Below are positions 17,476 to 26,300 of a stretch of DNA of 64,000 nucleotides, piece after piece (within the stretch, counting starts at the first letter, position 1; every line of letters starts with the position of its first letter). The notes under the pieces are model-generated. The model made no database searches, had not been told where the DNA came from, and saw only the letters and a program-made list of their open reading frames with translations. The stretch is taken from NCBI GenBank assembly GCA_028286865.1, contig JAQBQU010000006.1:2639-66638 (forward strand), read 5' to 3'. A program made the position numbers and the translations under genes. The DNA is from Candidatus Kaiserbacteria bacterium. GTDB lineage: Bacteria; Patescibacteriota; Minisyncoccia; Phycocordibacterales; UBA2100.

Positions 17476-19191
17476 TTACCAACTTCCGCCTCCACCGCCG
17501 CCAAATCCGCCGCCCGAGAATCCACCGCCGCCCGAGCCGCCGACTCCGCTCGTTGGTGCCACGATCGCTGCCGCTGCAGTGCTAAACGAATCCAGATCAT
17601 TGGCAAAGACCATAGGAGAAAATACCGGATAGACGCCTCCCGTATACCATGTAGGCGGCTCCGTATAGATCCCTTCGAATTCTTTTGCCCACGCGGTCGA
17701 GACGCCGAGTACCATCGCGTACGGCAGCAGCTTTTCGAAGAGCGCGGGTGACTTCTCGGGTGCATTATGGAAATCGAGCCGATTCTTCTCGGCGATCTGC
17801 AGGTACATTTTGAGCCCGAGCAGTTGCTCATACAAGAGCATCCCCTTTTCGGTCTTGGCCGGCATGATGAAGCTGAATGCCATGATCAGGACACCCGATA
17901 GGATGACCGCGACGATCCCCGGGAGCGAGATCGTATCCAGTAGCACGAACCAGGCGCCGCCGATGACGATCCCGCCGACGGCGACGAATGAAGCCCGGAT
18001 GGTCGAAGGGTCGGCGCGATAGATCCCGTCGCGCACCAGCCGCGCAGAGACGTCCTTTTTTATCGCTTTGAATGTTCTGCTCAGTGAGGCCTTCCCCGTT
18101 TTCAGCTCGGATGTTTTCCTGCTCGTGCCGCCGTCCGCGAATAATCCGTCGAGCAAGAGCTTCTCTTCGGAAGAGAGCGTATCGTCTGCGCTTTTGAGTT
18201 TGAGCAATTCGTAATCGGTCGAAGTAAAGAGCTTGAATGTGGTCTGCTCGGTGCGTACGATGCGCACGAAGCCGCCGACGGCGAGCCGTATGATGAGCGC
18301 GGAAATATCCGAAGGAAGGATCTTTTCTGAGACGATCTCGGATGCGGCGACCGGAGAAATGCCTTCCGGCGCCTCGTACTCGGGGATGATCGTCCCGCGG
18401 CCTTTCGCATCTTTTCCGTAGCGTCCCCAAAGGAGCAATAATATAAGGAATACGAACGCGGGGAGCGCCATGATCCCGTTCTTTTCGATGAATCGGATGA
18501 AGCGATCGGTCGTTGTCGGCTCCGCTATCGTCCCCTTGGGAAGTCCGACCGCGACCGTGAGCCCTTCGCCCGGCTCAAGTGTCTTTGTGGTGAACAACGC
18601 GATCGGCTTATTCGCGCCGTCGCGACGCGCCTCCGATGTACACGATGCGGTGCTACCGGCTGCACCCACGTAGCAGGCGTGAGAGGTCGAATCGACCGGG
18701 GTCCACACGCCGACACTCGCGGATCCGATCGCAACCTGCCACTGATCTCCCGTGGCGTTCCAATACAGCTCATCGTGGTCCGGGAAAAAGCCGATGACGT
18801 CGTGCGCCGTGTACGTAATGACATAGGTTTTCACTCCGCTGACGAGCACATTCGCATCACCTATCCTGATATGCAGGTATCCCCCGCTCTCGCTCGTCGT
18901 GAACGGATACGCTATGCCCGACTGATCGGCAACACGTATATCGGTGAGAGAAATATGCTCGGTGAGCCCGAGGGTATCTTGGTAACTTTCCTTCACATCG
19001 CGATAGATGCCGTGCTTTTGCGCATCACCAAAATCGTACGTGATCGATTCGACGACGGTGACGGTCGCATCGCGATGGACATCTATCGTGACCGCCATCG
19101 AATCGATACTCTCCGCCAAAACGGCGCCCGGAAGGAGCGCTGTAAGGAGAGCGATAAGCGAGACGAGTCGGCCTACCGAAATACGCGACAT
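17476..19191 (-). CDS. DUF2207-family membrane protein
   Basis: Signal peptide, large extracytoplasmic N-domain, TM cluster, and the typical Gly-rich tail SGGGGFSGGGFGGGGGGSW. Sits immediately downstream of lemA, as is common. Confidence 0.8.
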   Translation of the reverse strand: MSRISVGRLVSLIALLTALLPGAVLAESIDSMAVTIDVHRDATVTVVESITYDFGDAQKHGIYRDVKESYQDTLGLTEHISLTDIRVADQSGIAYPFTTSESGGYLHIRIGDANVLVSGVKTYVITYTAHDVIGFFPDHDELYWNATGDQWQVAIGSASVGVWTPVDSTSHACYVGAAGSTASCTSEARRDGANKPIALFTTKTLEPGEGLTVAVGLPKGTIAEPTTTDRFIRFIEKNGIMALPAFVFLILLLLWGRYGKDAKGRGTIIPEYEAPEGISPVAASEIVSEKILPSDISALIIRLAVGGFVRIVRTEQTTFKLFTSTDYELLKLKSADDTLSSEEKLLLDGLFADGGTSRKTSELKTGKASLSRTFKAIKKDVSARLVRDGIYRADPSTIRASFVAVGGIVIGGAWFVLLDTISLPGIVAVILSGVLIMAFSFIMPAKTEKGMLLYEQLLGLKMYLQIAEKNRLDFHNAPEKSPALFEKLLPYAMVLGVSTAWAKEFEGIYTEPPTWYTGGVYPVFSPMVFANDLDSFSTAAAAIVAPTSGVGGSGGGGFSGGGFGGGGGGSW

Positions 19192-19192
19192 G

Positions 19193-19753
19193 TTAGAACT
19201 GTACTTTCACGGGTTCTTTTGCGGCTTGCTGATCGGCGGCGAGCTGGAAGAAGTCGCGCGATGTGAATCCGAACGACTTGCCGATGAGATTGCTCGGGAA
19301 TGACTGCAGACGAGTATTGAGCTCCATCACGACGCCGTTGTAGAAGCGGCGGGCGGCCTGGATCTTGTTCTCGGTGTCGGAAAGTTCGTTCTGAAGTGCG
19401 ACGAAATTCTCGTTGGCCTTGAGGTTCGGATAATTCTCCGATACCGCAAAGAGAGACTTGAGCGCACCGCTGAGCATGTTCTCGGCATCGGCTTTGCCTT
19501 CCGGTGTGGTCGCGTTCATTGCGCGCGTGCGCATCTCGGTGACCTTCTCAAGCGTGCCAGCTTCGTGCGCGGCATATCCTTTGACCGTCTCGACGAGATT
19601 CGGAATGAGGTCGTATCGGCGCTTGAGCTGCACGTCGATGTCCGACCATGCTTCATTCACGCGATTGGTAAGAGTGACGAAACCGTTGTACGCGGCTATG
19701 ACCCAGATGATAATAACGACGACTACGGCGATCAAAATGTAAGTAAGTGTCAT
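19193..19753 (-). CDS. lemA: LemA family protein
   Basis: Start at the ATG at 19753. A TM helix is followed by YNGFVTLTNRVNEAWSDIDVQLKRRYDLIPNLVETVKGYA, the LemA signature. Confidence 0.9.
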   Translation of the reverse strand: MTLTYILIAVVVVIIIWVIAAYNGFVTLTNRVNEAWSDIDVQLKRRYDLIPNLVETVKGYAAHEAGTLEKVTEMRTRAMNATTPEGKADAENMLSGALKSLFAVSENYPNLKANENFVALQNELSDTENKIQAARRFYNGVVMELNTRLQSFPSNLIGKSFGFTSRDFFQLAADQQAAKEPVKVQF

Positions 19754-19825
19754 ATGTAGATAGTGTAGCAAACGACGTCGTTTCGCCAAGCGGTTGAGCC
19801 GTCTTTTTGGGATATCCACAGGTAC

Positions 19826-19854
19826 TTGCTTTTTCCACTAAACTGTGGTACAAT
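19826..19854 (+). promoter_or_regulatory. Candidate promoter for the 19900-20268 ORF
   Basis: TTGCTT (19826-19831), 17 nt, TACAAT (19849-19854), with TG 3 nt upstream of the -10 (an imperfect extended -10). Confidence 0.45.
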
Positions 19855-19899
19855 GAACCCAGGTCAGATCCGACCACCCATTCACAAAGAGGTGCTCCA

Positions 19900-20268
19900 A
19901 TGCGGAGGCTCATCATGGCGGTTGTAATCATCGCTTCGTTCGTCCCGGCATTCGCTCGCGCTGAATCAGAGCAGGAGCGACAGATCACTAAGGCGCAAAG
20001 TGCAGTCAACGCACTGTCGCTCGAGAAAGATCACCGCTGCACGGGCAACGACCGCGCGGAATGCAAGATCGCATACGATGAGGTCATCGAAGCGGTTCGC
20101 TCGTATAAGAGCAAGCTGGTCGCTCTGGAAGCAGTACGTTTCGAAGTCGGGAGCGAGTTTTCCCGCCTCGAACAAGAGATGATCAAGGACAGGACCGATG
20201 GCTTCAACAAGGTCCAGTCTCTGTACCAGAGATTCCCGCTACCGGTGACTGTCGGATCGAAGAACTGA
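19900..20268 (+). CDS. Small secreted coiled-coil protein (122 aa)
   Basis: ATG at 19900 preceded by AAAGAGGTG. Signal peptide MRRLIMAVVIIASFVPAFARA, followed by helical, charged sequence. Confidence 0.55.
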   Translation: MRRLIMAVVIIASFVPAFARAESEQERQITKAQSAVNALSLEKDHRCTGNDRAECKIAYDEVIEAVRSYKSKLVALEAVRFEVGSEFSRLEQEMIKDRTDGFNKVQSLYQRFPLPVTVGSKN

Positions 20269-20286
20269 ACCGGCACACACGAGACG

Positions 20287-20316
20287 AAGACGGCAATGCG
20301 CAAGCAATGCCGTCTT
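20287..20316. terminator. Terminator between convergent genes
   Basis: AAGACGGCA-N12-TGCCGTCTT followed by TTTAC. Lies between the 19900-20268 ORF (+) and the giant gene (-). Confidence 0.6.
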
Positions 20317-20327
20317 TTACTATTATG

Positions 20328-23300
20328 TTATTTGACGGTCACCGTCACTTGCGCGCTCGACGTCCCCGCTCCGGTGCAGGCAATGCTGAATAGCGTCGTC
20401 GCACTCAGCGGTGCGGTGGTAAAGGATCCCTGGAATGAGCCCGTGGTCACGACCGATGCATCGGGTGCCATGATCGTACAAGCAGTTGACCCGACTGCCG
20501 CCCACGAAAGCTTCGCGGTGTCCCCGCTCGCGACGGACGAAGGATTGGCGATGAACGAAACACTCGGTACGATCGGCTTTGTGACAGGAGTACTCGTCGC
20601 TGTAGAAGTAGCGGTGACGGAGGGCGCAGTCGCGCTCGAAGCAGCAGTGGTCGCTGCCGGCTGTGTCCCGAATAATTTTGCCGCTATCGCGCCGAGCGCG
20701 CTGCCGAGCGTGCTCGGCGTGCCGCCCGCTGCATTTCCCGGATTGTTATAGCAGCCGGTCGGGACCGGTGAGCCTGCGGGCACCCTCACGACAAGAACGG
20801 GATTTATATTTTTAATACAAGCGAAGTCACGATCCAAGATCTGACCGGTGGCAGGTGGCGCTGCAGAGATGCGCACTTGCGGCGCCTGATATGGCGGGGC
20901 CACGGGGGTCGCTGTTTTTGCGGCCGGATCAACCGGCGCTTTCGCATCCGCTGTTTTTGCAGGTGGCACAGCGACGCCGGTCGCAGGATTCTGAGGATCC
21001 ACCGCGGCACCGCCGGAAGGCGCCGATGCTGAATTACCGGCAACCCATGAACCTATCCATTCGGGTGCGTTATAGATTATCGCTCCTGCTGCGACGCATC
21101 CGCCGAATCGCCATACCCCGCTTACACAAAAGCCGGCAACTGATTTGGTCGCGTTCCATACCGGATTCCCCGTTGCAGCGGCAGCCGGATCAGGAGCAGC
21201 TCGCGCTGCGGTAAAGACAGGGCCCGAACCACCTCCGCCCCCTCCTCCCGACGTCCCCGAAGGATGCACTGTTGCGGGTCCCGATGATCCGCCCGTGCTT
21301 CCTGCCGTGCTTCCGGAAGAACCCCGGACGTCAGCGCTCGCTTTTGTTGCGGCAGACTCCGGCGCGATGGTTATCTTCTCAGGTATCCCTTGTGAGCCGT
21401 TCTTCATTGCGGCAAGCGCATCTGCATCCGCTTGAGACACATATCCCCTCAGTGTGCGGTCGGAACTTCGCGCCGCAGCTACCGCATCGGCATCCGCAGC
21501 ATTCACCACTACTTTCGCGCCTTGCGTATTCGATATCTCTACGAGAACAGGATTCTCGGGAAGGGTGGATGTGACACGCACCGTCGGTTGGGTACCGACC
21601 GGTGCTGCGCCATAATCAAATGTCTCTGCTGTCGCACGTGCTGCAGTCTCGCTTTTTCCGTATCCGAAGAGATTCTTGATACGATCCGTCCACGATGTAT
21701 TGGTCGGCGCGGTCGCTTCGACCGCTTGCTGCAGGGCACTCGCGGGATTCGGTGTTGCTGCGTCAGCCGGCGTGACCGGTTTTACCGCTGCCGGATCCGA
21801 TACCCCCGCGGCCGGTGCGTTGTCGGTGATCGCAATGTCGCGTGTCTGTCCGGAAATTTCCGGAGCTTTCGCGCCGCTTACAGCGGGAGCCTCACCAAAC
21901 GTCGGCTCAATACGTGCCGGAGCGAGCGTCTCGGTGCCCCTGAAACTATCCACGATGTCGGTGATCTTTTGTTTGATGTTTTCGATGAATCCCGGCTTCT
22001 GAATCTCAGCGGTCACGATATTTTGAATACTATCCGCAGACGCCACTTTCACCTCCGAAGCGAACGGAGTGCGCGCGATGGGATAGATGGTGACCTGCGC
22101 GTTGGGATCCTTTGCGAGTGCGAGCGCATCTTCGGGAGTCATGTATACGTGTACTTTGTCGCCGGAGATATTTATCGACTTGTTCAGTGCCGTTTGTGCC
22201 GCATCGGTCGGTGTCAGTATCGAAGCGCCCTTATATGAATCATTGATAAGGACGTCCACCACCTTCGCGGGCGGAATATCGGAGCTTACGGTGAGTGTCG
22301 GATGCGTCCCCTCTGCTATCTCGATGCGAGGCAGCGGCGTCGGTTCGGTGACGAGCTTAGGCAGCGGGAGTGTCCCGCTCTCGGTCAAGGCCGTACGCGC
22401 CTGCTCTGCAAGAACACTCGCGCCGTTATCAATGCTCTGCACCGGCACTTTTGCCGCATCTGCGATCGTCGCGCCATCGGTTCTTCCAAATACCTTTCCG
22501 AGTGTGTTATCCCAGATCGTTGATGCCAACCCCTTTGGCTGCGGAACGACCGGCTGCGTTTCAACTGGCGCGACATCGGCCGCTTTCGGTATGCTTGGTA
22601 CTGATACTTGGCCTGGTACCGCTGGGCGTGACGTCGCCGTCAGATCGGCAGATACAGTCGATGGGTGCGGCGCGAGCGTCGGCTGAATATCCTGGGCGGG
22701 CACAAGCGATGATACCGGCGACTGGTTTAGGATCTCACTCGGAGCATTGCGAAATACTGCGGGCTCCGAGACACCGTGCGGCGCTGCCTGACTCACAAAG
22801 TTTTCGTTTGAAGCGATCGGGGACGATCGGAACGTCTGTGTTGGCGTGAACTCATTTTGAGCGATCGATGTATTCACTCGAGGGATCTCAGCAGTGGGTG
22901 TGAAGAGATCACTGACCCAGTTCCGTGCGCTTGAGTAGCCATTTGCAACCGTGTCGCTCACCTGGCTATACCAGCTCTGCGACGGTACATACTCCTGTGT
23001 CTGCACGACCTCCGGAACTGAAGTGCGGGGCGCGGGTGCAATATCCGAAGTCGGGGTTACGGAAGGCGCGGACGAACCTCCGGTAGCGAGCTCTTCGGCC
23101 TGAGCCACGGACGGTACCGATGTGCGGGGCGAGCTGACGACCTCTTCCGACTGAACCACTGAAGGAACTGAGGTCTTCGGTGGTAGCGTATCTGCGGCAG
23201 CAGTGCCAGCAGCGTCATCCACGACAGCGGGAATCTCCGGTTTGGAAATTCTTACCTGCAATCGTGTACCGTCAAAATACGCGTCGGGAAGCCCGTTGGT

Positions 23301-26300
23301 GCCGGTGCCTCTCACTTCTAATACGCCGGGTTCTGTACGTGGAACCGTAGGCGTTTGGAAAACGGATTCTGCCTCACTTTTGGCCACAGAGGTGCCCGGC
23401 TTCACAGTGTCAGAAGCAGCTCCTCCGCTGTTATTTGTTTGACTCGTTCTTCCGGCTCCGCCCGCAGCACTTATATCTTCGGCGACGATCGTCTCGGCAG
23501 CGACTACATCCGATACTGTTCCTGCATTCGACGCACTTCCCTGCAGCCGTTCAACCGCAGCCGTTCTCACCGCGAGATCCTGCTGAGCTACCGCAATATC
23601 ATTTTGATTTCCTCGAGCGATCGCGCGATCCAGCGCCGCCTGGGAGTCTGCCTGCGCGGCAACGACCCGGTCGAATTGCGTCGTCGCAGTGTTCACACCT
23701 GAGGCGGAATCGACCCCCGCGATCGTTAAGCCTTCACGCGCCGCGATGAAACCATCCTTCGCAAGGGTAAATCCTAATTGGGTTGCATCTTTCGCGACCC
23801 ACAGTGTTCCGGCCACGTTCACCGCCGAACCGATCGCTTCGCCATTACACACACCTTGGCCCACAGTGGCGCAGCGGGAAAGATCTTTTTCTCCTGGGTT
23901 GAATCCCATGTCGAGCCCGGTGACATACTCGACTCGCTCCATTACTTTATTCGAATCCGTAATGAGCCCGCCAGCTACATAATCGCCTATAATTTTCGGC
24001 GATGTCACAATCGCCAATCCCGTGTTCAGGCCGACACCGACGTAATCTCCGTCGCGATAACTTTGCGCGATCGCACTGAAAGGTTCCTTGGCAGCTGCAA
24101 GACGATCTGCTGCACTGCTCTGGAAAGCCGATGAATAGCTGCCCTGACCTTTTTCTATCGCCTGCAATGTATTTTGCAGATCAGGAGTCAATTCGCCCTT
24201 GCCGTTCTTGTATTCGAGCAGCGATGTGTAGTTATTAGCTATGGTCTTCTGTTCTTCCTGTGCTATCGCGATCTGCGACTGAAATTGTCGGTATTTTGCG
24301 CATGCGGTCCCGCCCCCGCTGAGTGATTCCGAACAGTCTTGCACAAGCCCAGGATTCGCGGTAGCGAAATCATCGATCTGTTTCTGTATCGCCGTCTGCT
24401 TTGCGGTGAGCTCCCCGCTCATAGAGTTGGAAAGTTTATCCAGCGATTCTGTTTTCGGTACAAATGTTTCGGCAGAAGTTTTTGCCGACAACGATTCCGC
24501 TTCATTATTTTTTGTTATGAGGGCGGCCTGATCAACGGCCAATTTCGAATCAGTCTCACCTTTAATTTGTGCGGTGATATCCTCCCCGCTTTGTTGTGTC
24601 GTGTCGGGTACGGGAATATTCTTTTCGGTATTGGCGAGACGTGCTTCGTATGCTTTTGTCTCTGCGTCCGCTTGGGCCTGACGATCGGCGAGAACTTTGT
24701 TCTGATCGGCCTGTGCTTGTGCTTCGGCGGCAAGCTGTGTTTCCGTCTCATTGTTTGTCTGTACAAGCGCCGACTGATCAGCGGCGAGCTGTGCGTCATA
24801 CGCGGTCTGTACATCTTGCGCCGTCTGCGGACCGAATTGCTCGGTGCCGAGTGCGCCGCTCTCTACGAGATGGATCGCCTGCGCATTCGTGAACGCATCC
24901 TGCACATCCGCCGCGGTGCGCGGTCCGTAGAGCGGGTGATCGAAGGAGTTTTGCGCCAGCTGCGACTCCTGGAGTATGCGATTCTCTTGTGCTGTCGCCT
25001 CGACAAGCTTTTGGTCCTGCGCGGTACGCTCGAGCTGCGCAGCTGTCGCATCGTTCTGTTGCAGCAAGGCGGACTGATCCTGCGCGATCTGCGCTTCGCG
25101 TGCCAGCTGTGCCGCATCGAGATCGGCTCGTGCCAAGCGGTCGGCGTGCTGTGCCGCCTGATCAGCCGCGGTCTGTGCCGCTTCAGCATCGGCTTGTGCC
25201 AAGCGGTCGTTGCGTTGTGCCACTTCATCAGTGATCACCTGCGAGGTGTTCTGCGCAACGTCAGCGGTGATATCTCGCCCCGCGTCGGCGGTATATTGAT
25301 ACGCGTTCCACTCCGGAGCCGGGATGCGATTCTCGAGCGGAGTGATGTCGGCGAGTGTTTCGCCGAACTCTACCGCCTGCAAGGTAGAAAGCCCGCCGAA
25401 ATTCACGTCAGGAGAATTCCTTAGCGGGTTCGCCTGCGGAAGCGGTATGTAATCCTCCGTTATGCGCGGAAGATCGGTCGAGTTTGATGCAAGCAGATAT
25501 GGTGATGGCGTATTCGTCCCGACTGAAGCTTGGTCCATCAAAGTGGCCCCGGTATTAAAATTGGTTGCGTATATCTGGGAGGTCTGCGAAAGCAGTGTGC
25601 CGACCGTCGCGCGGTCAGGCAAGCGGTATCCGTTACTGTCATTGGCAAGCGCCGTGATCGGATCGCCGATCAGCTTCCCTTCTGGAGCATTCGCTAATGC
25701 AGGAAATAGCTGTCCTGTCGCCATGACACGCGTCGCCTGAGCAAAAGGATCGCCGGGCGCTTTTTCTTGCGCGATCTGCATCGGATTGATCCCTCCGTGA
25801 TCTGTTTGCGGCAATACATTGCGCGCGACACCGAGCGCAGTACCCGCTTCTGGATCGTAGCGGGGATCGTCGACGGTACGCTGACTCGGCGGCAGCTTCT
25901 GATCAGCCTGCCATGCGTCGACCTTGTCGACAGTGTCCTGCAGTTTTGCTTTCTCCTGTATAGAAAGTTCTCCGTCATACTTCGTCATGAATTCGTTGAT
26001 CTGGTCGCGGGTCACATACATCTCGGTCGTGTTCAGTTGGGCGAGGCCGCAATATGCAGTTGCACTTTTGCAGGTACCGTCTGTATTCCAACTCGATTCT
26101 TGATACAAAACACTTCCCATCGCACGCGATGCTGAATCTTTATCGCACCATGCCTGACTGCCGCACATGATCGATGTAGATTCGTTGATGCCGCTGGCCA
26201 CTTCTGATTTCTCAACGGTGAGGACCGGCTCTTTGGCGTCTACCGAAGAGTTTGGTGAGAGGACACCTGATTCACTGGACCCCTCCGGACCGCCGAACAG

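Noticed and set aside
17460-17831. N-terminal 124-aa extension of the htpX ORF given by the ORF track
   Set aside because: The extension overlaps the 3' end of the DUF2207 gene in another frame and is Arg/Ser-rich. The HtpX homology starts at MASLYTQQ (ATG 17459).
24339-25424. 361-aa plus-strand ORF (and others such as 20296-20751, 21432-22238, 22087-22686) inside the giant gene
   Set aside because: All are antisense or off-frame to the continuous 2274-aa ORF. They are Cys/Arg/Leu-rich junk with no motifs and no RBS.
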